Of a stretch of 64,000 bases of DNA, positions 38,167-49,501 are shown piece after piece (the first letter of the stretch is position 1; each line of letters begins with the position of its first letter). A model generated the notes under the pieces. The model saw only the letters and a list, made by a program, of their open reading frames with translations, ran no database searches and had not been told where the DNA came from. The DNA is from Azolla caroliniana (lineage: Eukaryota; Plantae; Polypodiophyta): NCBI GenBank assembly GCA_043228905.1, contig JBHGNT010000001.1, forward strand, positions 31,000,001 to 31,064,000. Reading direction: 5' to 3'. Position numbers and translations under genes: made by a program.

Positions 38167-41100
38167 ATGATAGTCGGCATTGTTGGCCGAGAAAAGACAA
38201 GGGCGGAAGTGCGACTTCGAGCGTGCGGAGTTCTCAGCCCGGACGAGGAAATCAGCGGAGCCGTGGAGGCGGTCTCCTTCGACGACACCTTGGGGATGCT
38301 GAGGAAGGTAGCCGGAGAAGACCTTAACGAAGACCGGACGATACCGGTATGTTCCGAAGAGATGTACGAAGTCATCACGAACTTCAGTCGGGGGCTCGGG
38401 TCGGATCGGACGGCCCGAGTTAGCACAAAGTACCAGACTGTGGACCGAAAGGTAAGGCCAGTCGCGGCACCCTTACCGGAAGGCAGCAAGTCCCGGATCA
38501 GAGGGGTTGCGTCGGACCCCAGTTTACGAGATCCGGCCTGCATAGGACACACCTTCACCGACGGGACGCTCCGGGAGCTCAAAATCGGTGGGGGCGGGTT
38601 CCTACTGCCGGCGGAGGAAGACCGATTTCGGAGGATGCTCGGAAGGCACGGGAAAGCCTTCGCATTCTCACCGGAAGAGATCGGGTGCGTAGACCCGACG
38701 ATCGTGGAGCCGATGGTGATATTCACGGTACCGCATGTGCCGTGGAATCTCAAGCCGATTCCGGTACCGAAAGCTCACATCCCGAAGTTGATGGAGCTAT
38801 TGAGGCAGAAAGTAGATATGGGCATTCTTGAACCGTCGAGTGCCCCATACTCGAACCGATGGTTTACCATACCGAAGAAAAACGGAACATTGCGCTTCAT
38901 TCAAGACCTGCAGCCGGTCAACAGAGTGACCATTCGGAACGCAGGAATCGGACCGACCATAGACGAGTTCGCGGAGGCCTTCGCTGGAAGGTCGATTTAC
39001 TCGGTCGGTGATCTGTACTCAGGGTACGACCAGTTCCAGCTAGCCGTGGAGAGCAGAGACATTACGACGATGCGAACTCCCCTTGGCCTAGTGCGAATGT
39101 GTACCCTGCCACAAGGAGGGACTAACTCGGTGGCCCACATGGTGAATGCAATGAACAAGGTACTGAGGGATTGCATCCCGGACATCACCATGCCATTTCT
39201 GGACGACGTCCCGATTAAGGGGTGCCCGGTGGAAGAGAAGGACGAGACAGTCGGGCCGGACGGATGCCGGCGATTCGTGGCAACACACATCGACGACTGC
39301 GAGAAGGTGCTACAAAGGCTAGAGGATGCGAGGCTCACCTTCTCCGGGGAGAAATAGGCCTTCGGGCAATCGGAAATCCTGGTGGTCGGACACCTATGTG
39401 GACCCTATGGCCGGAAGCCGCCTCTGGCAAAGGTAGAAGCCATCTCCGCGATGAAGACCGACTGTAGCTCGGTTACAGAAGGTCGGAGGTTCCTGGGGGC
39501 ATGCGCGTTCTACCACATATGGATCCCGCATTACGCCCACGTTGCGGAGCCGCTATACAGGTTGCTGAAGAAAGGGCGAAAATTCGAGTGGCGAGACGAG
39601 CACACGGAGTCGTGGCAACACAGCCGGCGATTCGTGGCAACACACATCGACGACTGCGAGAAGGTGCTACAAAGGCTAGAGGATGCGAGGCTCACCTTCT
39701 CCGGGGAGAAATAGGCCTTCGGGCAATCGGAAATCCTGGTGGTCGGACACCTATGTGGACCCTATGGCCGGAAGCCGCCTCTGGCAAAGGTAGAAGCCAT
39801 CTCCGCGATGAAGACCGACTGTAGCTCGGTTACAGAAGTTCGGAGGTTCCTGGGGGCATGCGCGTTCTACCACATATGGATCCCGCATTACGCCCACGTT
39901 GCGGAGCCGCTATACAGGTTGCTGAAGAAAGGGCGAAAATTCGAGTGGCGAGACGAGCACACGGAGTCGATCCGGAAGCTGAAGGAAGCTCTTGCGGCAA
40001 CACCGGCGCTCCGGAAGGCTGTCTACGAGAAGGGTACCCCGGTATACATAACGGTGGATACGAGTCCGGCCGGGATCGGATGGGTCGTCAACCAAGAAGA
40101 CGGGGACGGCATTCGATTCCCGATCCGATTCGGCGCGAAGGTCCTCAGTGAGCGACAGCGAGGGTACGCCCAGGTTAAACGCGAACTCTGGGGTATCGTT
40201 TCGGCGATAAAGGCCGACAAAGACTACCTGATCGGGACGGAAGTGATTATCTAGACGGATTGCCTGCCACTTCTCGGCATGGTTTCCGGATGCACGACAC
40301 CGGGCCTGGCGATGCTCAGGTGGATAGCGTACATCAAGTCCCTGGACCCGGAAATACGGCACATTTCCGGAAAGGACAACGCCATGGCCGACATGCTTTC
40401 GAGGGCGAGGTTTGATGACGAGGGCGGCATGGTTTCGGAAGACGAAGAAGTCGGCGTGGACTTCTTCGAGGCGGCATATGTGACGACCGATGGGACGAGC
40501 ACTCCGGCACTTAACGACTTCGATGAGAGCAAGTACGACAGCGAGTGGCTCCAGATCGGTGGATTTTTGAGGACAATGACGCCGGATGCGTTATGGACGA
40601 AGGACGAGGCCAACCGGATCCGGAAGAAAGCTTACCGATTCTTTCTCCGGGACGGATACTTATGGAAGCACCCGAAGAAGAGGAACGGCGTCCCGCTCCG
40701 GGTGGTGGCGATGAAGGAAGAACAGGAAGAGCTGCTGACGGCCTACCACGACAGCCCTTGGGCTGGACACCGTGGAACGTGGGCCACGTTCGAGAAGATA
40801 AAGGGGAAGTACTGGTGGCCGGGACTGTACCGGGACGTGCATCGGTTCGTGACAACTTGCAAGAGCTGTCAGATGCACTCCGTAGTCCGACATCGGGACG
40901 AGCTTCACCCTACGTACCCGCCGACCATCCACTTCAAATGGATGGTAGATCTGGTGACGATGCCGATGGGAGTAGGACAGATGCGGTACCTGGTCCTGGC
41001 TCGGGAAGATCTGACGAACCAGGTAGAAGGCCGAGCCCTTCAAAACAAAACGACTGCGGCCGTATGTCGGTTCCTGATTGAGGACGTGATATGCCGGTAC

Positions 41101-41883
41101 GGGTGTGTCGGGAAGATAGTGGCTGATCGCGGGGAGTTGGACGCCGAAGAGGCCAAGGAGCTGTTCGACCGGCTAGGAGTCAAGCTCTCGCTCACCACTG
41201 CATACAATCCGGAGGCGAATGGGAAGGTGGAGCGCGGACACGGACCGATCGTCAAGGCGTTAGTTCGGGCATGCAGAGGTCAAGTCGGGAACTGGCCGCG
41301 GCTGTTGCCTTACGCGTTGTGGGCGGACCGAACTACGCACAGTTCGGTAACCAGATTCATGCCGACAGAGCTCATGTTTGGGCAGAAGCCGATCATGCCG
41401 ATGGAACGTACGATCTCCTCCTGGGCAACCGTAGACTGGAGAGACGAGATGAGTCGGGAGGAACTGTTGACGGCACGCATACGGCAGCTCGAGCGAAGAC
41501 CGGAGGACGTGGAGCAGGCTGCGGAAAAGCTTCGGGTGGCCAGGACGAGGAACAAAGCCCGGTTCGACCGGACGCACCGGCTCCGACCGAAGAAGATCGA
41601 GGAAGGTGACTGGGTGCTAGTCTACGACAGCAGCCTCGAAAACCAGCACCGAGCGACACGGAAGTTCGCAAGAAGGTGGTTCGGGCCTTACGTGGTACAA
41701 AGCGCCAACGACAACGGGACGTACCATCTGGCGGAACTCGACGGTACGAGAATGGCGATACCGGTAGCTGGGAAGCGGATCAAAGCGTTCAAGAAGCGTC
41801 ACGACGACGAGCCGGATCCGGTTGACCTGGACCGGGACGACGAACGATCCGAAACCGAAGAAGAACCGACGGGCGGGGAATAA
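38167..41883 (+). pseudogene. pol: RT-RNase H-integrase ORF2 of element F
   Basis: PFLDDVPIKG, VDTS, ADRGE, WFGPY; stops at 39355, 39712 and 40252; 357-bp internal duplication. Confidence 0.93.
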
Positions 41884-43164
41884 AGGTTGGACCGGTTTTC
41901 TTCGTCCCAACTCAATTTGGCGCATGCCGGTGGATGCGCGGTTAGGTGGGGGCGGATGTCGTGAAGAAAACCGTCCACAAGCGGAATCGGTGCACCGGAG
42001 CGTAGGAACCGGCTCTTCATACACGTGCGCCTTATGTTGTACATAGAAGATCCTCGGTAGGTAGGAAGTTAATAGGAAACGGCTCCTTCCTTGCCTATAA
42101 AAGGAGGGAGACAAGGAGGGGAGAGGGGATCGCGAAATAAGAGAGGACGAAGTGCTGTCGGATTGTGGGCCGAAGGCTTCTCTCTCTTCCAAACTCCATA
42201 GCTTCTTTCTGTGCAGGTTTCGGGAGGCTCGCGCTGCTCTGAGGAATGCTCGAGTGCTTCCGGCAGCACCTCCAACCTACTTCTTTCTTTCGGTGCGTTT
42301 ACGAACAGGCATCGGCATCTATTCGCCGGCCTATTCGGTTGTAACAAACTTCGTGTTTTTGTTGTTTGTCTCTGTTAATATTCACATACATTCCTTCATG
42401 TCTCTCTGTGTTGGTTTCCCGCTCGCGTCTTCGTGTCGAAGGGTCGTGTCCCTGTGGATCTACGCTCGCACCTAGTGGACCTCTTTCCTTCTCCTTTCTC
42501 TCTTGCTCTTCGGTGCAAGACCCCCGAGGTCCCGCCTCATTCCACGCATCCGCGAGGAATACCTCGACACCATAAGATGGTGGACAAAGTGGGCACAAAA
42601 CGCGGCGGAACTCCAGTTGCTACGGGCAGACGTGGCAAACCGGCGGAAGGAAGGAGATGATTGTTATACGTTGACTTCTGAGGACTTCACCGCCATACGG
42701 GACGAGCTGGCCGACAACTTCCAAGTCCTGGCGGATGAACAACTGGCGCAGGTCAGGCAGCTCGTAGCTCAGCTAGACGATGATAGGCTGGACGCTCAAA
42801 TCCAGTTTGAAAGCTACGAGCGGTCCCGAGTTCGGGAAGAAAAAGCACGGGAAGGGGCAACGGTTAACCTTAGTGATGAGGAACCGTCACCGGCGGAGTC
42901 CCAACACGGAACCAGTCAACCGGAGACCACTACGACGAAGGGAGCAACGACGGAGACGCCGGTGTCAGAGCAACAAACGGAGGAGCAGTCGCAGCAGCCA
43001 TCAACAGACCCGTCGCAACAGACATCAACAGAGCAGCAACAACAACAACAACAACAACAACAACCAATTCCAGATGAACCATTGGAGACTCTCGAACAAA
43101 GCATTCTGGATATTTTGGACAAAGAATAGCAAGGGTCGGTTGTGGATTCGACGTACAAGGTACT

Positions 43165-43181
43165 GTCCCACGGGCGTGCCA
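43165..43181 (-). promoter_or_regulatory. PBS complementary to tRNA-Arg(TCT)
   Basis: TGGCACGCCCGTGGGAC 2 nt from the LTR end; one base short of the recalled tRNA end GTCCCACCGGGCGTGCCA. Confidence 0.75.
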
Positions 43182-43618
43182 TGTGTTACCGGTCGGCAAA
43201 GGAGTCTAGAGTGGGAAACGGAGAGTTATTTAAGTAGTAGGAATGTGGTTGTAATTAAGCTATGAGTGTGGACGGACGGACCGGAATCGGTATGCCCTTC
43301 CGGATCCGGACCGATCCCGAGCAGATGCGGATGGCACCGTTTTGTAATACAGACCGGAAACCTATTTAAAGGCCCGGATACAATGTAATGAATAACGGTT
43401 AATTAATAAAATCTTAGCGTTGTTATCTCTCTGTGTTAATTGTCGTTCTGTCTTAATTGTTATATCTTACGCGTGTGATTATGAAAGATGATCATGCTAA
43501 GTAACTTAATTAAGTCGGATTAAGCGTTGAGTCTAATCCGGTTGCTGTAACACCCTTTGGTGAAGTGTCTTCCGTAGACACCCTGTGTTAGGCCATTGTC
43601 CGGCCCTAAGAGTTAACA

Positions 43619-44188
43619 GATCGTGAAGATCACCATCGGCTCCACTATCTTTGGGTCAGCGCATCCTATTTCTTTCGATGTAAATGCAAATGCTCTCCCA
43701 TGTCGCTCTAGCATCCCACGGAATCGTTCTTCTTCATTCTTTAATAGGAACCCACCTCCATCGATCCGAAGTTTCTTCCGGGTCTCATCCATGAAGGCAT
43801 GTCCGATATCCATGGACTTCCGAAATGTCGGATCCCCCGAGACTTCTTTCCTCTTTTGTTCGCTATCTGCGGGTAACGGTCTCGCGGCCGGTTTCACATT
43901 CTTCTCCACGGTCTTGTATTTCGTACTTACCATTGCTTCTTCTTTGCGGAGCGCATCTGACCCCATTTTCACAATGATCTCGTACATCTCGACCGATTCC
44001 ACCGGGACTACTCGGTCTCCCTGGCTTGTATCTTCCGCGAGCTCTTCAAGCCGTTGTAGCGTGCTCCCATAGAACACTTCTTCGACTATTCCCACAATTT
44101 CTTCATCTTCTTTTATAATTATTGATGCCGACCGTAACTTATCCTCCACTTTTCGGTATTCTTTCTTCATTCCTCCGGTTACGGCCAT
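43619..44188 (-). pseudogene. pol: Pol N-terminus of element G
   Basis: VSTKYKTVEK...EIGCADPKIVEPMVIFTI, homologous to ORF2 of E and F. Confidence 0.88.
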
Positions 44189-44304
44189 GTACGTAGATGC
44201 CTCATCCGACCCGATTCGTACTTGTCTTGCTCCGAGAATTTTCTTCCTGTGTGGGGTATCAGGGCTTCTCGGACTATCACTTCCCCACTCCGCAACAATC
44301 CGCT

Positions 44305-46346
44305 CTAAAAATCCATCCTTGTTTGGGACAAGAGCTCTGTCTTGTTCCTTTCATGATTTACCGGTACCGTTAGGAATTGGACGGATTTCCCTCCATTTTG
44401 GCTCTGAATTTGTGCAAAAGCCGCATCGCTATCGAGCACCTTCGTCTCCATCCGTGAAGCCGTGATAAAGGGTTTCCTGAGGATCACGGGGTGTGAGACC
44501 TCGTCTTATACGAAGAAATTTTGGTCAATCTCGACATCCTCGATCTTCACCATCACATCCGGACAAGCCGCAAATAGATCTTCCGTTGCTTTAGTGGCCG
44601 CCCGGATCTTCCATCCATGATTGGTGTTAATAGGCCACTTCCCCTTCAGTAGAACTCCTTAGACATCAAATTGATCTCCGATCTGTGATCAATCAATGCT
44701 AGCACGGGCTCTTTGATGTTGCTGATTCGGACCGAAGTCTTAGTGGTTGCACGTGCCCAATGTGGCTTTGTATAGTGGAAATTCAGAATCTCGTCCTCCA
44801 CTTCGGTGTTATTCATCAGAACGGTATTTGCATTCACCATCGACGCATTTTCCTCCGTAGTTTGTCTTTTTCTTTTCACGAGATCCACAAGAAGATCATG
44901 GAACTCTTTTTTTGTTATTCCGAGTAGTTTCCAAAGCGAAAAATCTACCCGGCTGTCAAGGATTCTCTCCTCGAACACCTTTTTCAAGTCCGTTTGTTGT
45001 TCGATGTCCGAGGCGAGCTTGAATGCCAGAATCGTTTTTCCTTTCCCTCTTCCGTCGGAGTTCCAGCTCTCTAGTGTCTTTGATGGTCCGGCCGCATCAT
45101 CCGTGCGCCATCGTTTCTCGTCTACATACACTTCATGCAATTGACATAGCGCATGCGAGCTATTCTTGTCTACGGGGCACTCCCATCCCATAGCTTCCAG
45201 GATACATTCCGCAGCGCTTCGGATTTCATCATGGTCGGTTTTCTTCGAAATTTCTAGCACTTCCGGCCAAAAAGATGCCTTTGCTGCAGAAGACTCCCCC
45301 ACACGTATTCCCGCAGTTGTCGCATAATTATTTTTCGCCGCGATCTCCTCCTCTAAGACCTTCTTCATGCCGTCTTTTCGGAAGTTTGGTCGGAGTGGCT
45401 TTCGAGAATCCATCGAATGAATCTGATTTCCCTCGTAGTATATAAGATCCCGTCGTAGCGTTTCCTTGTGCTCGTCGCAATCCCTCCGATCATGTTTGGT
45501 GCTATCGCACCATACGCACCGACGGTCCATATACTTGGAACTTGTGGCACAGTCATCCGACTTCTTCACCATCACGATTTTTAGATTCTCCATCTCCTTC
45601 AGCAACTGTTCCACCGTACTTGCGTTGATTCCCTTATCGGTCGTAGCTTCCCAAGCCCGCGGTTGATGGTCTTTCGATCCGGATCTCGGTTTCGGAATCG
45701 GTTCTGAAACCCTCTTCTCTTCGTTGGCAAGCCATTGCCCCCTCTTTGTGTAATTTGCGACGATATCCCGCACGCTTTCCCATGTTTCAGTGAGGCCACT
45801 CTCAGTAGTCGTATCCTCTAGCAACACTCCAAGATCCTTCAAGTCCCGGACATCTACGGCTCGTAAGAACATGATAACTTTGTCCGGTGCAAGGATAACT
45901 TGATCTCTCGTGGACAACCTCCCGGACCGACTTTCGAATGCCGAAAACACATCGAGGACCTTCATCCCCTTGTCCGGCGTTTCCACCCAATCCTCAAATC
46001 CTATCCGCGTTGCCTTGGAGGAGTCCTCAATAGCGAACGTGGTCTTTAGCGCCTCTTCAAACGCTTCCCACGTCGGATTTTGTTGTCGTAGCCCGTGGAT
46101 ACTTCCTTGAAGCCCGTCGGTAGCCACCCGGTTGAAGGATGTCACTTGCAGTCCTTCCGAAATCCCGCACCGTATCATTTCCGCCTTGTAGTCCCGAAGA
46201 TAGCGTGATACGTCCTTTCCGTTGAATTGCCTGATCCGTTGCACGAGCCGCTCCACTGCCGCCGCTATCTCCGACATCGCACGTTGTTCTTGAAGCATCC
46301 GCTCGAACATCATCACCATGTTGTTAGCCTCCAGTTGATTTTCCAT
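44305..46346 (-). pseudogene. gag: Gag-protease of element G
   Basis: IRQFNGKDVSRYL, CVWCDSTKHDRRDC, ALIDHRSEINLMS; frameshift near 44646; ends RMDF*. Confidence 0.9.
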
Positions 46347-47252
46347 CTCCTTGCCACCCGTGTTCACGTCGGGTTCACCACTTGTGTCGTGCCTTTTGGC
46401 GCCGGTGTCGTGAAGAAAACCGTCCATAAGCGGAATCGGCGCACCAAGGCGTGGGAACCGGTTCTTCACGCGCGCGCGCTCCAAGTTGTACATAGAAGCG
46501 AATTAGGAGGATAATCGGCGGGAACGGGCCCTAACACACGTGGAGACAAAGACTGCGCGAACAGTCTTGTCGGTCGCGCGCGCGAGCTAAGGAACTGTAC
46601 GAATCGGCGGCGTAACTACGCGGATGCGCGAAGAACGGAGCGGATCCCTGTTCGAAAGGGACAGGGAATAAAGCTGACATGACGGCCTGCTCGTCGGCCT
46701 ATATAAGGAGCAGGAAAGAGCTGTTGCAGGGATCTGGGGGCTGAGAGGACGAAGTGCTGTCGGACCGTTTCTGGACGCTCCTCCCTCTGTCTCCTTCCTT
46801 CTTGAGCTCCATAGCTTTCTGTGCAGGGTTCCGAGGAGGCTCGCGCTGTTTCGAGGAACGCCCGAGTGCTTCCGGCAGCACCTCGGACCTGCTACCCCCC
46901 CCCCCCCCTTTTGTGCGTCGAAGCGAACAGGCATCAGCATCTGTTCGCCGGCCTGTTCGGTTGTAACCAACCTGTGCCCCATCGAGGGTTGTAGTCGTGT
47001 TAGCCATTTTGTTAATATACATATTTAGTCATTCGCATCTGTCTGTGTCGGTGTCTGTTCGCGTTCTCCGTGCTGAAGGGCCGTGTCCCTGTGTATCCCC
47101 GGTCCTGCGTAGCCGGTTCTCTCTCTTTCTCCTCCCTCGCTTGCTCTTTGGTTCGAGACCCCCGTGGTCCCGCCTCGATTCCACACGCACTTGCGTAATA
47201 TCTCGACATCTTTGGTGAACCCGACGTGAAGGAGGCGGCAGAAGAGCAGAAG

Positions 47253-49379
47253 ATGAGGGGGTCGGATCTTGCAGAGGCCATGGCTTCGGCCGTGGATCGA
47301 ATTGTAAATGCGCGCGAGGGCACCGGTGCCCTCAACAGAGCTATTGAGGCGGTCGTCGGCACGATCGGCCGGTTCGATGGGAAGGATGCCACGAAGTATT
47401 TGGCGTCCTACGGTGCAGAGATGCTGATGCGGGACATTCCGGAAGAAAGGCGTCTTGGCGGATTTCCCCGAGTGGCGATGCCGAGCATCCATGCGGAGGT
47501 GCTCGAGGTGCGGGCGGAGAGCCGTACCTGGGAGGAGTTCGAAGGTCGGCTCCTAGAGAAATACGGGCTGGACGACGCGCTCCGGCTTTCGAAGCGAAGG
47601 TTCATGGAATGGGTGGAGTCCCCGGGGAAGGGAAGAAACGCGTCGGCACTCCTCCGGGAGTTCGAGGAAAACTTTGCGCGCCTTTCGGCGCTCGACCGAA
47701 CCATCCTGGACACGAGCCGGGTCTTGCTGTTTGTCAAGTCGGTCGACGAGCGGGATCGGGAGCACGTGGGCCTCTTGCTGGAAACCGAAGACGGGCTCAC
47801 TACCGACTGGGCGGCTGTCAAGAAAGTCTGTGGCCGTTTCGACAAACGGCGAGAATGGGCGGATAACGGGGCAGCCGGGTCGGGCTCGGTCGCAGCAAGG
47901 AAGCTCGAACCAGCGCCACAGGTGCGAAAGGAAGAGACCCGAGAGTGGTTGGAAACCGGTTCGGCTTCGACCGGCGTAGTCAGAGGCTCGACCGGAGGAG
48001 CGGCGCTGGAGGAATTGACGAGGGCGATAAAGGACCTCCAAATCGTGCAAGCCCGAAGGGAAGGTGGCGAACCGGCTCGTGACCGACGGCCGGCGGCAGG
48101 AAACAAGTGCATGTGGTGCGATGAAGTCGGCCACATTCGGAAGGACTGCGGCGACTTCGCGGAGGCGCTGAGGAACAGGGTGGTGTACCTGTGGGAAGGA
48201 CGGGTGCATGCCAGCGACACCCGAAGGGCCCTGAGCCGAAACGACGGGCGAGGTGGTATGAAAAGGTTGATGGAAGAGGCGGCGGCCCGACACGCGGAAA
48301 CCGTCCACTACTCGGCGTCGGCCGGCATTCGAGTCGGGGGCGGCGAGGCCCGAAGGGAAAGCAAAGCCGGATTCTGGCCGACGATGCTGGAAGGCCTTGC
48401 CGGTGCAAGGCTTAAAAGGGAGGAATCGGACCGTGCGGAGAAACGGGTACGGGAGATGACCGGGTGGAGCGACCCTGTCGAGGAAAAGACGGGCTTCGTG
48501 GAAGCCGCTTGCCAGAACTACGAGGCCCTGGTAGAAGAGAAGCGGGTGGGGAAACCCGGGACGACCGGGCCCTCACAACGATACGAGACCCGGTCCGGGC
48601 CACGACGGGACGAAGCCGGCGGGGCCGGTACGCAAGATAAACCCCAGAAGGGCGGGTACCGTCTGGGGACGGAGATAGAAAGGACCACGGACTTACGAAA
48701 GGTCCTGGAGGAGCGGATCCTCGACAGCAAGGTGGAGTTGTCGTTACGAGAGGTGCTGGGAATCGCCAAGAAGGAGTTCCACGACTCCATCGTGGACTTG
48801 GTGAAACGGAAGAGGCTGTCAACGGAGACAGAACCGGAAAGACCGGTGGAAGTGCGGACGACGCACCTAGACGACATGGCGCTGGGAGACGAGTGGGCGG
48901 AAAGCCACTATTCGAGACCACACTGGGCCCGAGCGACCACGGAAACCCCGGTGAAGATCGGCGATGTCCAGGAACCGGCGATAGCTTTGGTGGACCATGG
49001 GTCGGAGATCAATTTGATGTCCATGGACTTCTATAAGAAGGGCAAATGGCCGATCAACACCAAGCACGGGTGGAAAATAAGGGCAGCAACGCGCGCCACC
49101 GAGGAACTGCACGGGGCCTGTCCGAATGTGCGAGTCAAGATCGGCGACGTCGAGATTGACCAGCACTTCTTCGTGCAGGAGACGTCTTCGCATCCGGTCA
49201 TATTGGGAGAGCCGTACATCACGGCGGCGCGAATGGAGACCAAGGTGCTGGACAATGGTTCGGCCTACGCGAGGGTCAAAAGCCAAGACGGGCGCCATTC
49301 GGTCCAGTTTCTGACGGTACGGCCGAACCACGAACGTAACCGCGACTCCCTCGGTTCCGAAAACCGAGAGGATTTTTAG
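47253..49379 (+). CDS. gag: Intact Gag-protease ORF1 of element E
   Basis: Uninterrupted ORF (GTG at 47226, first ATG at 47253); CCHC knuckle; ALVDHGSEINLM...ILGEPY. Confidence 0.95.
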   Translation: MRGSDLAEAMASAVDRIVNAREGTGALNRAIEAVVGTIGRFDGKDATKYLASYGAEMLMRDIPEERRLGGFPRVAMPSIHAEVLEVRAESRTWEEFEGRLLEKYGLDDALRLSKRRFMEWVESPGKGRNASALLREFEENFARLSALDRTILDTSRVLLFVKSVDERDREHVGLLLETEDGLTTDWAAVKKVCGRFDKRREWADNGAAGSGSVAARKLEPAPQVRKEETREWLETGSASTGVVRGSTGGAALEELTRAIKDLQIVQARREGGEPARDRRPAAGNKCMWCDEVGHIRKDCGDFAEALRNRVVYLWEGRVHASDTRRALSRNDGRGGMKRLMEEAAARHAETVHYSASAGIRVGGGEARRESKAGFWPTMLEGLAGARLKREESDRAEKRVREMTGWSDPVEEKTGFVEAACQNYEALVEEKRVGKPGTTGPSQRYETRSGPRRDEAGGAGTQDKPQKGGYRLGTEIERTTDLRKVLEERILDSKVELSLREVLGIAKKEFHDSIVDLVKRKRLSTETEPERPVEVRTTHLDDMALGDEWAESHYSRPHWARATTETPVKIGDVQEPAIALVDHGSEINLMSMDFYKKGKWPINTKHGWKIRAATRATEELHGACPNVRVKIGDVEIDQHFFVQETSSHPVILGEPYITAARMETKVLDNGSAYARVKSQDGRHSVQFLTVRPNHERNRDSLGSENREDF

Positions 49380-49440
49380 AGAGGACTGCCAAGGCGTGGG
49401 GCCGCGACAGTCCGGATGCTCCGGGAAAACCCCACATCTG
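49370..49440 (+). promoter_or_regulatory. Putative -1 ribosomal frameshift signal (G GAT TTT TAG plus GTGGGG/CCCCAC stem)
   Basis: The -1 frame is open for 42 codons into ORF2; conserved in A, F and G. Confidence 0.75.
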
Positions 49441-49501
49441 CACGATAAAACCGTGTACAATAGGTAGGAAATTTTGCTTCTCCGACAGCGGAGCATGTAC
49501 G

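Larger units (their letters stand above)
35281..42569 (+). mobile_element. Full-length Ty3/gypsy element F, inactivated
   Basis: 613-bp LTRs 35281-35893 and 41957-42569; PBS 35897-35914; PPT; TSD CCGT/CCAT. Confidence 0.97.
34074..43129 (+). pseudogene. Long coiled-coil ORF (34074-35280 + 42574-43129) split by element F
   Basis: E/K/R/Q-rich heptad-like sequence; LIDESSV|RWWTKW rejoins in frame across the TSD; poly-Q tail; two stops and one frameshift. Confidence 0.75.
34074..43618 (-). mobile_element. Tat-like Ty3/gypsy element H: 5' LTR, tRNA-Arg PBS and antisense ORF; remainder lost; hosts F
   Basis: LTR 43184-43618 (TGTTA...TAACA), PBS 43165-43181; interrupts the RT of G. Clade call rests on the PBS only. 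Confidence 0.7.
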
